DNA from: Octopus bimaculoides
Lineage: Eukaryota
Reading direction: 5' to 3'
Length of the DNA: 64,000 nucleotides
Assembly: GCF_001194135.2 (NCBI RefSeq)
Contig: NC_068981.1
Span: forward strand, 21,800,787 to 21,864,786
In this document: positions 1 to 12,793 of the stretch, piece by piece
Layout of the letters: each line of letters starts with the position of its first letter
Numbering within the stretch: position 1 is the stretch's first letter
Translations under genes and position numbers: made by a program
Notes under the pieces: model-generated
Database searches by the model: none
What the model was told of the DNA's origin: nothing
Seen by the model: only the letters and a program-made list of their open reading frames with translations

Positions 1-111
1 TGTCTCTCTGTGTAAGTATGTATGCCTGTGCACATGCCTGTATATGCTTGTGTATGTATCTATGTATGTAACTACATGTGTGGTGCGTGTGTATGAAACT
101 TTATTAAGCTG

Positions 112-151
<40 letters not shown>

Positions 152-744
152 ATGTGTGTGCATGCATGTGTGTGTGTGGATGTGTGTGTGCATGTATGTG
201 TGTGTGCATGTGCATGTGTCTGTGTGCATGCATGTAGGTATGTGTGTGTGTGTGTGTATGCATGTGTGGATGCATGTGTGTGTGTGCGTTAGTTTGCCTG
301 AATATTTCCAGTAAATAACTTAAAAGAAACACCATATCATTTCCCTCCCAATCAGCACCTTGCTCTCCTGGCAGTTATAATAGCAAAACAGGGTTGGAAC
401 CTTGTATACTGTGTCCAAAATATACTTACCAACCAAACAAGAAATCAAAAGTATGCTTCCTATGTCCATCAAATAGCAAGAGTGTACAACTGGGAGCAAA
501 ATCAATCCATCAATGTTTATGTAAGTAACTTTATTTTCCCTCTTCAACCCTTTTGTTATCACCTTTCTGTAGAAATAGATGGCCTTCGTTTCAATTAATT
601 TTGAAAATGACAAAAAATTTAATAAAACCTCTTACCTATTATTAAGCTGGTGTTTGGAACATAAATTAACATGAAATTTTAGATGGAGGGTTTTAATTAA
701 CATCACCTTTAAAATAGAAAGTTTGTATCGCCTCCCCGGCACTA

Positions 745-1090
745 CATCGCCTCCCTGGCATTTGTGCCAGTGGCACGTGAAAAGACATTCGAGCGAGATC
801 ATTGCCAGTGCCCCTGGACTGGCTCTTGTGCAGGTGGCATGTAAAATACACCATTTCGAGTGTGGCCGTTGCCAGTACCGCCTGACTGGTCCTCGTGCCA
901 GTGGCACGTAAAAGCACCCACTACACTCTCAGAGTGGTTGGCATTAGGAAGGGCATCCAGCTGTAGAAACTCTGCCAAATCAGATTGGAGCCTGGTGTCG
1001 CCTCCTGGTCCACCAGTCCTCAGTCAAGTCGTCCAACCCATGCTAGCATGGAAAGCAGACGTTAAACGACGATGATGACGATGATGATGT
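745..1090 (+). mobile_element. SINE family A with RTE-type (GAT)n tail; other copies at 3066-3360(-), 5605-5927, 9660-9917, 24812-24980(-), 45645-46200(-), 49185-49545(-), 57030-57182
   Basis: Recurrent aaagcacccactacactct.gagtggttggcgttaggaagggcatccagctgtagaaac...ccaacccatgctagcatggaaagc.gacgttaaacgatgatg. Confidence 0.85.
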
Positions 1091-1928
1091 ATCATAGAAA
1101 TGTAAATAATGCCTTTTGAAATGTAATTAAAGTAAGTTTAACACTTTTATACAGGGGCGAACTGAGAGTATTTAAGGGCCTTCAGGCATAACTGTTTACC
1201 AGGCCCCTTTGAAGGTGTGCTTTAGTAGAGTTAACATATAGAGCGAGGGTGCCTTAGAGTTCCAGGCCCTTGGGCAGTGCCTGATTGACCGACAGCTCAG
1301 TCCGCCCTGCTTTTATAACTAAAATGGCTCTTCCACAATGTAATTGCTTATATTTTATTTCTATCTGAGTGAAGACACACGGCTTAGTAGTAATGGTATT
1401 TGGTTGATAATCATAAGGTTGTTAGTTTGATACCTGGTGGTGTATTGTTGTGTCCTTGAGCAAGACACTTTATTTCATGTTGCTACAATCCACTCAGCTA
1501 GCAAAAAATGAGTTGCACCTGTAATTCAAAGGGCCAGCTTTGTCACATTCTGTGCCATGCTGAATCGCCCTGAGAACTACGTTAAGGGTATGTGGAATAC
1601 TCAGCAACTTGCAAGTTAATTTCATGATCAGGTTATTCTGTTGATCTGATCAACTGGAACATTTGTTATTGTAACCAATTGCATGCCAGTTATTTCTATC
1701 AGAAAATCTAAAAAAGAATGACTTTAGTTATCCAAGTTTTGCTTCATCAAAGATTTGTCATTGTGTATCTTACGTAATATCTTTATGTATTTGCCATTCC
1801 AAAACACACAAAGAGTGTTAACTTTTCTTAAAAATTTATCTTATGGTGCCAGTAAAATAAACAATCTCTGTGTGTTTTTGAGTGACTAACATATGTCTTT
1901 CATACTGCAATTGTTTTAGTTTCAATAG

Positions 1929-1953
1929 AGCCACAGATGTAATCATTTGCCTG
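1929..1953 (+). CDS. Candidate 25-nt micro-exon of the EGF/pentraxin/SEA gene (SHRCNHLP-)
   Basis: aatag| acceptor after a pyrimidine-rich stretch; G|GTAAGT donor at 1954; ends in phase 1, matching the exon at 2019. Short, and the start is ambiguous (1929, 1931 or 1937). Confidence 0.4.
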
Positions 1954-2018
1954 GTAAGTATACCTCCGAAATATCCTTATGCATATCCTTGCTTCAATTT
2001 TTTTTAAAAACTCTACAG

Positions 2019-2243
2019 ATAAAGACCACTGTAAAAAATCAGGATCATCCTCATCTGTATGTGAGAACAATGGCATTTGTCACAATAACTATGACAATTT
2101 CACCTGTGAATGCTCGGATGGATATGAAGGTAAACAATGTGAAACAAATATTGATGAATGTTTGAAGAACAAATGTTATAATGGAGGAACCTGCTATGAT
2201 GGAATCTTCAGATTTACTTGTAAATGTCGTCCAGGATACACAG
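2019..2243 (+). CDS. EGF/pentraxin/SEA receptor exon: 2 EGF repeats
   Basis: ctacag|AT ... ACA G|gtatgt; 225 nt, phase 1-1; DKDHCKK...CENNGIC...ETNIDECLKNKCYNGGTCYDGIFRFTCKCRPGYT. Confidence 0.93.
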
Positions 2244-2259
2244 GTATGTAAATTAGGTT

Positions 2260-2720
2260 TTAACCCTTTCATTATCGTATTTATTTTGAAATGCTCTGTG
2301 CTTCTTTCAATTAATTTTAAACATAACAAAGAATTTAGTAAAATAACTTTGTTATCATTCAGCTAGTGTTTGGAACATAAATTGTGACTAAGGTTTGGTG
2401 GAAGATTTTAATTCAAAACTTATGAAAACAAGACATTTGTACTACAGAGCCAGAGGCGGTTTCAGACAGGTTGGTATCAAAAGGGTTTAAAATATCATGG
2501 TGACTTTAACCCCTTTGTTATCATATTTCTGTTGAGATGCTCTGTGTGTCTTTCACTTAATTTTAGATATAACAAAGAATTTAGTAAAATAACTTAGTTA
2601 TCATTAAGCTAGTGTTAGGAACATAAATTGTGATTAAGGTTTGGTGGAAGATTTTAATTCAAAACTTATGAAAACAAGACATTTGTACTACAAAGCCAGA
2701 GGTGGTTTCAGCCAGGTTGG
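2260..2720. mobile_element. Two tandem piggyBac-like MITE copies; related pieces at 543-725 and 4700-4795
   Basis: TTAA-CCCTTT start and AAAGGG-TTTAA end in copy 1 (2260-2490); copy 2 starts at 2506. Confidence 0.6.
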
Positions 2721-2834
2721 TTTCATTTATTTTTAATGTCTACTGGGAGCAATGAACCAATGAAAGAAAGAACAAAGTCTCTCTCTCAAACTACACACTG
2801 ACACACCATCCAACTCATGGAACATGGGCATGAA

Positions 2835-2878
<44 letters not shown>

Positions 2879-3968
2879 ATACATATGTGTGTATGTATGC
2901 ATATGTTTGTGTAAGTATGTATGTTTGTATGTATGTATATATGTATGCATGTATGTATGTATGTATGTATGTATGTATGTATGTATGTATGTATGTATGT
3001 ATGTATGTATGTATGCATGTATGTATGTATGTATGTATGAATGTTTTTATATTTGTATTGTCACTCATCATCATCATTGTTTAACGTCGGCTTTCCATGC
3101 TAGCATGGGTTGGACGATTTGACTGAGGACTGGCAAGCCAGATGGCTACACAAGGCTCCAATCTGATTTGGCAGAGTTTCTACAGCTGGATGCCCTTCCT
3201 AACGCCAACCACTCCAAGAGTGTAGTAGGTGCTTTTACGTGCCACCGGTACGAGGACCAGTCACACAGTACTGGCGATGGCCACGCTCAAAATGGTGTAT
3301 TTTACGTGCCACCTGCACGGGAGCCAGTCCAGCGGCATTGGCAAAGACCTCGCCCGCTATGGATGGCAAAAATCACTTCATCAAATGGAAATGCCTTGTG
3401 GTGTTTCAAACTATCACAGTTGCCTCCCTTTGCACCTAGTCAATGTTACATTTTATCTTCCTTTGAGATTGATAAAATAAGTAGTACTATTCAAAGTATT
3501 GGGAGAAGGGTCAATCAATATGATCAACCAAACAAAAAAAAAATCCTTTGAAGACAATGCCTTAGCATAGCCACAATCCAATGAATAGAACCAGCAAAAG
3601 AATGGAAGAATAAAGTTAACAACTTGGCTGATTAACTTGATCCATTAATCAACTTAATAACACCAAATGGGCCGTGGGTGACTTTACAAGAGTTTGATTC
3701 TGCTGCAAGCATCCAGGTCAGGTCTACAATAATCTTCTTCCTTCCCCCAACCCAATATTCACATCACCGTTTAACATTTGCTTTTCCATGCTTGTGCGGA
3801 TTACATCAAATTTGTTGAGACAGATTTTCGACAGCTGGATACCCTTCCTGTCACCAACCCTTACCTGTTTCCAAGCAAGGTAATGTTTTCTCATGACCAG
3901 ACATGTTTTTCACAGAAGACTGGAAAAAAAACCAACGCTGTCTGTCTGATGGTGATGCTCTGTACGCA

Positions 3969-3969
3969 T

Positions 3970-4021
<52 letters not shown>

Positions 4022-4296
4022 CTGTATCTATATCTATCTGTCTGTCTGTCTGTCTGTCTATCTACCTTTCTATCTATCTGTCTGTCTGTCTATCTATCTA
4101 TCTGTCTGTTTGTCTGTCCGTCCGTCCATCCGTCTCCGTCCGTCTGTCTGTCTGTCTGTCTGTCCGTCCATCCGTCCATCCGTCCGTCCGTCCGTCTGTC
4201 TGTCTGTCTGTCCGTCTGTCTGTCTATCTATCTATTACCTGTGTGTTAGTGTGTGTACATATTTGTGTGTATGCATGTGTGTATGTGTGTGTGTGA
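3969..4296. repeat. Compound microsatellite (CA)n-(TCTA/TCTG/TCCG)n-(TG)n; representative of dozens of (CA)n, (TA)n, (TATG)n, (GAT)n and (AAT)n tracts
   Basis: Direct inspection. Confidence 0.95.
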
Positions 4297-5246
4297 GTGT
4301 GATCAATTCATAGAAGGTATTTGAGCATTGGACAGTATGTATTGCAGTATTTGTTTCAGTTCACTGCATTCTGAGTTCAAATCCTGCTGAAGTCTGCTTT
4401 TCTTCCCATCCTTCAGGATTGTATTCAGATCCCTCTCTCTTCCTCTCTCTCTCTCTCTCTCCATCTGTCACATTCTGGATGTTCTCGGTTAAGGGTAAGA
4501 GAGCAAAGATAGTATCTGTATCTCCTCACAAAGCTTTACTTGGCTCAGGGCTATAGAAGAAAACATTTGTCCCGGGTGCCATGCAGTAGAATTGAACTCA
4601 ATACCACATAGTTGGGAAGCAAGCTTCTTGACCACACAACCATGGTTCTGTTTAAAAAGTGAAGCTTACCACACCTAGGTTTCCCAAGTGGTAACTCATC
4701 TAAGTAAAATAACTTAGTAATTATTAAGTTAGCATTAGGAACATAAATTGTGACTAAAGTTTTGGTGGAAGATCTTAATTCAAAACTTATGATTCTATGT
4801 AATATGACCATAGACATAGCCCTGAAAAGGCTTTTGGTAAGGAATTTCAACCATGTTTCGTGGTCTGCTACCACAACAGCTCCTTTATAGGATCCAGTTA
4901 GCTCAAGACATCATCAGGAGGAACCACGTCCGGTTTCGGCCCCTACTCCTCTACCGTTTTGACGTGGCGGGGCCACCCCTTTTCGGAGGTGTCTTCAGCT
5001 CTGGTGTTGGGTGCATGTCTTCTTTCACTGTTTGTGACTGTTCTAATTCAACTGTGGAATGTCCCTCGCTATGGTTATTTTCCAGGAGGTTCTGGCCACA
5101 CGTCTTACGGTTCATCAACCCGCGTTGTTGAATTACTTTCTTCCGACATACCTTTCTCTTCTAATAACAATAATTGGGATTGATTAAGTAACGCAATCAA
5201 TTACTTATTTATTCAATTTTACTCTTGTTTGCTCCCGTTTCATCAG

Positions 5247-5474
5247 GTCATCAGTGTGAAGAGGAGATCAATGAGTGTGATACTTCTCCTTGTAAAAATA
5301 ATGGATCATGTGAAGATCAATTGAATGGTTTCAAGTGTTATTGTCCACAACAGTTCAGTGGTAAATATTGTGAGACTGAATTTAGTTACTGTCATTCTTC
5401 TCCTTGTTCCCATCATGGTGTCTGTGAACATCTGGGATATACTTTCCGCTGTCATTGTGATCCTGGATTTACTG
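5247..5474 (+). CDS. Exon: 2 EGF repeats
   Basis: catcag|GT ... ACT G|gtgagt; 228 nt, phase 1-1; EEEINECDTSPCKNNGSCEDQLNGFKCYCPQQFSGKYC...CHSSPC. Confidence 0.94.
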
Positions 5475-5985
5475 GTGAGTATATCATTTGCCTTATAATA
5501 CCTTTATTCTATGTTAAATGTATATCTAGTTATATCTAGCTATCTTTATGCATATACGTGTGTATATACATGTATATATATGTATGTATATATATTTTTA
5601 TATGTGCTGGTGGCACGTGAACAAAACATTCAAGTGAGGTTGTTGCCAGTGCCACTGGACTGACTCCTGTGCAGGTGGCACATATAAAACACCTTTTGAG
5701 TGTGGCTGTTGCCAGTACCATCAGACTGGCCCTCATGCCAGTGGTGCGTAAAAGCACCCACTACACTCTCAGAGTGGTTGGCGTTAGGAAGGGCATCCAG
5801 CTGTAGAAACCCTGCCAGATCAGATTGGAGCATGGTGCAGCCTTCTGGCTGGCCAGTCCTCAGTCAAATCTTCCAACCCATGCTAGCATGGAAAGCAGAC
5901 GTTAAACGATGATGATGATGATGATGATATATATTTTTATATATATATTTCACTGTCACTTTGATGGCATGCACTGCTCTCTCAC

Positions 5986-6022
<37 letters not shown>

Positions 6023-6071
6023 AACAGAAATGAAGATTTTGATGGATTGTTCTTTATGTATCCGTTATTAG

Positions 6072-6185
6072 GCAGACATTGTAATCAGATAATTGACCAA
6101 TGTAGATCTCATCAGTGTTTGAATGGTGGTTCCTGCAAGAATTCATTAAACTTTCCAGTCTGCGACTGTTTGCCTGGTTTCACTG
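6072..6185 (+). CDS. Exon: 1 EGF repeat
   Basis: tattag|GC ... ACT G|gtaaga; 114 nt, phase 1-1; IIDQCRSHQCLNGGSCKNSLNFPVCDCLPGFT. Confidence 0.92.
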
Positions 6186-6517
6186 GTAAGATAACATTTT
6201 ATCATTTAAATGAGAAGATACGCAGCCACAGACATTTTCTCTCTCTCTCTCCCTCTCACATACACTCTTTCACAATTTCTTGCACTTTCTCTTTTTCTCC
6301 TCTCTCCTCTCTTTCACCTGAGTTTTTCTCCTCTTTTCTCCTTTCCCTCTTCCTCCCTTCTCTATGTCACTCTAACTCTTACAAAATCTATTATATTCTC
6401 TCTCTCTCTCTCTCTCATGCACATATATGAACAGACAACCACACACACACACATACATGTGCACATGTAAATACTCATACTCATACACATAAATCTACAT
6501 GGAAGTATACATATATG

Positions 6518-6583
<66 letters not shown>

Positions 6584-6652
6584 GGGTGCGGTGGATAAAT
6601 TGTGTCTATATTACACAAAAAGTAAAATAACATTGACATCTCNNNNNNNNNN

Positions 6653-6687
<35 letters not shown>

Positions 6688-6909
6688 GGGTGCGGTGGAT
6701 AAATTGTGTCTATATTACACAAAAAGTAAAATAACATTGACATCTCATTTTAACAGATATATTTACCAAAATTACATAAAAATATCTTGAAATATTAAAG
6801 AGAAAATTTGTTTTAAAAATCGCCATTGGCTTCAACCACGGCCTCCAAACAACTTTGGAATCTCCTGCAACTCTTCAGGACAGTGTCCTTGTTTAAGTTG
6901 GATCACCTA

Positions 6910-7930
6910 TACATCATCCTCATGAAGACACTGATCGCCTATACATCAAGGGAGCAAATGGAGGAAGGAGACTGATAAGTGTGGAAGACTGCGTGCATAT
7001 CAAACTTGAGAGCTTAATGAGATACCTAGCCCAAAGTAAGGAAACCTTGCTAGTGACAGTTAGGAACACGGGAGTATTGAGAGCAGAGAAAATAGGAAAA
7101 CAAAGGATGAAGTACAAAAAGAACATGTAGAAGAATTACGCAAGAAGAGACTATGCAATCAATTCCATGTAGCCACAACAGAAGTTTCTGTAAAAAATAG
7201 TTGAGCCTGGCTGATGAAAGGAACCCTGAAAAAAGAGACTGAGAGTACTATATTGGCAGCACAGGACCAAGCTCTGGCCACAAACTGCAGGGTCAAACTG
7301 AGGAATGAGTAAGTGTTTCCACTGAGCTGAATGTGCAATAGAGTGGATGAAACCATTGCCCATATTACGAATGAATGCCCTAGACCTGCCCAAAACCATT
7401 ACAAGTTGTAGCGACATGACCAGGTAGTGAAAGGGCTACATTGGAAACTGTGCGAAAAAGTGAGGGCTAGAGAGACTAGCAAAATCCTCTGGGATTTCCC
7501 AATCCAAACATATCAAGTGCTAGAGCATAACAGACTGGACCTGGTGGTGGTGGTGGTCAAGGTGTACCACATATGCTATATAATTGATGTTGCATGCCCT
7601 TTTGACCCGCGAATAGTCAAGAACGAAGGCAAAAAGATAGATACAACCCTCTAAGTGTGAAATGGCCCAGCTGTGGAAAATGAAGAAGGTGAAGATAGTG
7701 TCAGTTATTGTTGAGTCCTTGGGAACAGTATGAGAAGGCATCAAGGAAATTGGAATAGAGAGCCCAGTAGAACTGTTACAAAAGGTTTGCCTCCTTGGCA
7801 CAGCCAGAATAATCAGGAAAGTATTAGATTACTGAAAAGAACAAATGGCATGGTACTGTAGGCTGTAGGTAGTAAGACCATTATGCATGCAAGACTCCAG
7901 GAGCTCCAACAAAACCTGTGTTAAAGAGAA
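6910..7930 (+). mobile_element. R4/Dong-like (RLE-type) LINE, 5'-truncated and degenerate
   Basis: DTDRLY, LQLISVEDC-like segment, CCHC knuckle (ETIAHITNECP), RHDQV, KILWDFPIQT, NRLDLVVV, IIDVACPFD, IV.SLGTV; stops and frameshifts. Confidence 0.85.
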
Positions 7931-8389
7931 GATAATAATTATAATAATGATAATAATAACGATAATAATAAAATTGGAACTGTTATCATATGCATATTTT
8001 GTCTTGATGTAAAAGATGAGTTACAGCAAATATTCTCTACCACAGATTTGCTTGTCAGTTGAGCATGTCCCTTGGTAACTGTGCATCTCTGATCATGAGC
8101 AGAAGTAGTGGGGGAGCATCATAGCCATGTGTTGAGTGGAATTCTTTGGGATTTGAATAATTTACCTCTGGAAACATGGGTGTTTCGTTCAACATCCTTA
8201 AACAACTCTTATTCAGAAGAAAATTTTAATTGGGTCCCCCCACTGCAAAGTCATGCACTGTTTATCTTGATATAAGATCTCCATTCTGTGCACATATGGT
8301 TGTGAAGCATGTGCCTAGTGTACCCTTATCAGACAGGTAATCATGATGGGTAACTTGTCACCTTGATGGCATGCACTGCTCTCTGATTC

Positions 8390-8420
<31 letters not shown>

Positions 8421-8935
8421 GCAACAACAAGGTATAAGACAATGACCAGGCCACAATCATCTGAGATATGCTGGTTCAAACTATCAGATAAATAAAAGCT
8501 AATCACCCAGACAAAAAAGAAACGTCTGCTTACTGATAGACATTGCAATTATAATAATAATAATGTTTGTCCATCATTGTCAATGATACCCAAGGATATC
8601 ACATGTAAAAAGAAGATGCGTCACAGTGCATCTGGCTGTAGTCAATCAAGCTGATGCATACTTAGAAGGTTCTGCTGCAGGTTGGGCACTGGCTGTCTGC
8701 TGGCAATGAAGGTGAGGAGTTGGTTCTGGACTTGTGCAACTCGCATTTTCTTTGTGCTCCTGTGATCCTGTTCTGTTTGTGGGAGGTGGCATATACAAAC
8801 ATACAAATACACACACACACACACACACTACTCAATCATATACACAAACATACACACATATAGAATATGGAAAGAGCGATTGAGAAAGTTTTATGAATAA
8901 TGTTTGCAAAATGTAATATTTGTCTTCTATTTCAG

Positions 8936-9067
8936 GACAAAAATGTGAAAACGAGGTTGATGAATGTAAGTTTCAGAGGTGTAAACATGGTGGACAATGT
9001 ATTGACCTATTCAATGACTATCATTGTTCCTGTATTGATGGATACGCTGGCAAGAACTGTCAACAAG
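8936..9067 (+). CDS. Exon: 1 calcium-binding-type EGF repeat
   Basis: tttcag|GA ... CAA G|gtgagt; 132 nt, phase 1-1; ENEVDECKFQRCKHGGQCIDLFNDYHCSCIDGYAGKNC. Confidence 0.93.
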
Positions 9068-9293
9068 GTGAGTTGTTTATATATATATATATTGGGAGAA
9101 TTCACGAAAAACAACAAACAAATACAGGTGGTGTAAACAACAAATGGATGTATTAATATAACGAGAAAGTCTTTAACGTTTCGAGCCTACGCTCTTCAAT
9201 AGAAAGGTACACAGAAAGAAACAAGGAGAGAAAAAAAAAGCAAATATGTGTAGTGGTCAGCAATCTATCATGGCGAATGCCGGACAGAAGGGT

Positions 9294-9324
<31 letters not shown>

Positions 9325-9885
9325 GTATGAGTGTGTGTGTGTGTGTGTGTATGCATGTGTGTGTATGTGTGTGTGTGTGTGTGTGTGTGCATTTTCTGCA
9401 ATAAATTGAGTAGCAGTGTTGAGTGACAATTCTGTAAATAATGATAATATTTATAAGCTTAAAGCTTATAAGCAATCACCATGTCGTGACTAAAGAAAAG
9501 AGTCTCTTATAGAGATATGGGTTTGAGTCTCATGTGTACAGAAAACCCACTTTTTTCCATTGAGGGCTTATATACCTCAATACTAAACTATTTTCTTTAG
9601 TCAATACATGATGATCACTTATAAGCTTTAAGCTTAAAAATATCATTGGCCTGTGAAAAACCACATTCGAGTGTGGTCGTTGCCAGTACCGCCAGACTGG
9701 CCCTCATGCTGGTGGCATGTAAAAGCACCCACTACACTCTCGGAGTGGTTGGCGTTAGGAAGGGCATCCAGCTGTAGAAACTTTGCCAGATCAGATTGGA
9801 GCCTGGTGTAGCCTTCTGGCTCGCCAGTCCTCAGTCAAACCATCCAACCCATGCCAACATGAAAAGCGGACGTTAAACGAAGACA

Positions 9886-9917
<32 letters not shown>

Positions 9918-9940
9918 ATATGTATATATATATATATATA

Positions 9941-10419
9941 TACAAGATGAAGTGAATAAACTGTTGTCTAAATTACACAAAAATGAAAATAATACTGACA
10001 TCCCATTTTAATAAATATATTAACCAAAATTACATGTAAATATCTTGAAATACTAAAGAGTAAATTTATTCAATAAAATCCCAGATGACTTGGGAATCTT
10101 CTGCAAGTTTTCTGGACGGTCTCCTTGTTTGGTGAATACTGTCATAATCCTTGCCTTCAGTTCATCTTTGGTGTTACAATGTGTTTTGTTGGTCTCTCAT
10201 TCAACTGCACCCCACACATAATACTCAAGAGGGCTGCAAGCAGTACAGCATGTCGTTTCCAAATTTCCGGCAGAGTGAATTGAGACATGGTGCTGTTTTT
10301 CTCACAGACGGTGCCCAACTCACCCTACCGTGTTGTGTAGTTGATAAAATCAAAAACAATGTGCATGCATGAAATAAAAAATATAAAAGGGTGACAATTT
10401 ACCCATCGCATCCTGCATA
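9941..10419. mobile_element. Non-autonomous Tc1/mariner-like element in a (TA)n tract; related 5' half at 6581-6900
   Basis: Imperfect TIRs (caagatgaagtgaataaactgt / acaatttacccatcgcatcctgca) flanked by TA; subterminal similarity to 6684-6860. Confidence 0.6.
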
Positions 10420-10422
10420 TAC

Positions 10423-10460
<38 letters not shown>

Positions 10461-11574
10461 NNNNNNNNNNGTTTATTTCACCGTTTCGTTTTCCTGTCTT
10501 GTTTTCCGTCCGCCACTACCCTCCACGAAAACAATTTAATTTGTGTTCGTGGGAAGAACCATTTTAACAATGCGTACTGCCTTAATTCTTTGAAACATCG
10601 GAGTTTTAATGGTGGCAGCTGATGAAGGGGATGTTTCTATGTGGCCTGCTTGTTTGTTGCACCTTGTTTACCATTTTGTCCATGTTCTTTTGCCACGTCA
10701 TGTGCCCAGTTATGTATCTATATGTACATGTAGATGAACGTATATACATACACGTAGATATATATGCATATACTCATATATTGTTTATATATATTAATAT
10801 ATATATACATATCATTATCATCAGCAGCAGCACCATTTAACGTCTGTTTTCTATGTTGGCATGGGTTGGACAGTTTGACCAGAGCTGGCAAGCCAGAGAG
10901 CTGCACCAGGTTCCAGTCTGATTTGGCTTGGTTTCTAGGGTAGGATGCTTTTCGCAACACCAACCACTTTACAGCATGTGCAAGGTGCTTTTAATGTTGC
11001 ACCAGCATGAGCATTTTTATGCAACACCAGCATGAGTGCTTATATTGAATCAGCATAGGACACTTGAGGGCCAATCCTCTTCACCAGGGCATGCAGACTT
11101 GATACTTCTACTGTGGAGGACAGGCTTCTTGAGTACAGCAAGGTTCCAGGTATCTCGATCTCTTGTTATCTCATCCAAAAGGGGTGTGTGTAGACTCTTG
11201 TGAAGGTAGCATTGTCAGTTGTGAGTTCCAGGTGAGTATGGTGGTGACCTATCAATGATACTTCATTTGATGTTGGGGATGTCATTCTTATGGTCATTGA
11301 GTCTCCAGATAAAATAAGGGGTGAAGTTTTCTCTATCCCTGCACCTGAAGGAGTGTATATGCTGTGTAAATTTTCCTTGAAGTTATTGGTTGTCATGCCT
11401 GTATAGTGTCTTGTTATGCCATCGGATGGTGTGAAGGATCTCTATTAGATCACAGCCATTGTGAAACAGAATCCTCCCAGTAGATGTTGGCAAGACTTTT
11501 GAAGTTACAAGTTGAGGAGTATATTGGAGGCTGTGTAGGTATGTGTTTGCAGCTATTATAGTAGTAGTAGTAAG

Positions 11575-11615
<41 letters not shown>

Positions 11616-11949
11616 ATAATAATAATAATAATAACGATAATCCTTTCTACTATAAGCACAGGGCCTGAAATTTTGGGGGAGAGAGATAAGTTGATTGCAT
11701 CGACCCCAGAGCTTGACGGGTACTTCTTTTATCATCCTGAAAGGATGAAAGGCAAAGTTGATTTTGGTGAAATTTGAACTCAGAACACACAGGAGGATAA
11801 AATACTGTTATGCATTTTGCCCAGTGTGCTAGTGATTCTGCCAACTCACTGCTTTAATAATAATAACAATGATAATAATTATTATTATATGAAAACTCAC
11901 AGCTTATTTTGTTGGTTATGATGGAAAGTGTCAGCTGTCCACAGCCAGC

Positions 11950-12290
11950 AGTCTAAGGTGACACTTATTTACTGGTCATGTTTCAAAAACCCTGCAAAAA
12001 ATTCTTGCAGTTCCAAGCAATGTTGATTTTTGTAGGTGTTCTACCTTCACACTTGAAACCCATCTTTTCCAGCCATGTTGGTAGTTGAGTGCTGATACTT
12101 CCAAGTGCACCAATTACTATTGGTATCATGTCTACTCTCTTCATTGTCCACAACCTTTGTATTTCCCACTTTAAATTATCCTAATTGTTTATAATTTCTT
12201 CTTTCACATTGATCCTTGATAGTGTAGTTAGGTGATGCAACTGTGAAGCACCATTGACATTGCTATACATAAACAGAGAAAATTCACATG
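11950..12290 (-). mobile_element. R4/Dong-like LINE 3' fragment
   Basis: Minus translation KWEIQRLWTMKRVDMIPIVIGALGSISTQLPTWLEK. Confidence 0.7.
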
Positions 12291-12578
12291 CGTACACATA
12301 TGTACATCTAATGGTATGGAACAGAAGTGATAAAATAAGCAGTGGGGACAAAGCCCTAATCATCATCATCATTACAGAAATTGCAGCTGTTATATTCTAA
12401 TTTTGAGCATAGCGCTCATTTCTATTTGACTTATAAAATATCACACTTCATTAAATCATCATTCTATAATGGTAGACTAATTGCAAAGAAAATAAATATC
12501 AGTGAACTCATTTCACATTCATGTGTCAATATAATTTTCTCATTAGAAAGAATTCATTAATTATATTATTCCTTTCAG

Positions 12579-12793
12579 AGGTCAGCCCCAATTTTGATCT
12601 GGTGTTTAAACATGAAGCCATAACAAATTATGTTCAGGTTTGGTTTTTCCCTAATCCCGAAGAGATCACCATCACTTTTTGGATGAGAACTTCGGATGTT
12701 TCTAGTTTGGGAACAATGGTTTCCTACAAGAAGGAAAGCAACGATATCTTCAACCCTGATAACTTTGCACTTTATGACTATGGAAGTTTGCAG
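12579..12793 (+). CDS. Exon: pentraxin/LamG-like domain, part 1
   Basis: tttcag|AG ... CAG|gtaaag; 215 nt, phase 1-0; FDLVFKHEAITNYVQV...ITITFWMRTSD...GTMVSY. Confidence 0.9.

Noticed and set aside
4850-4925. CUGAUGA...GAAAC on the minus strand
   Set aside because: Stems I and II do not pair in any hammerhead topology I could draw
10619-10650. CTGATGAAGGGG hammerhead-like start
   Set aside because: No stem II partner or GAAA downstream; truncated Penelope-like remnant at best
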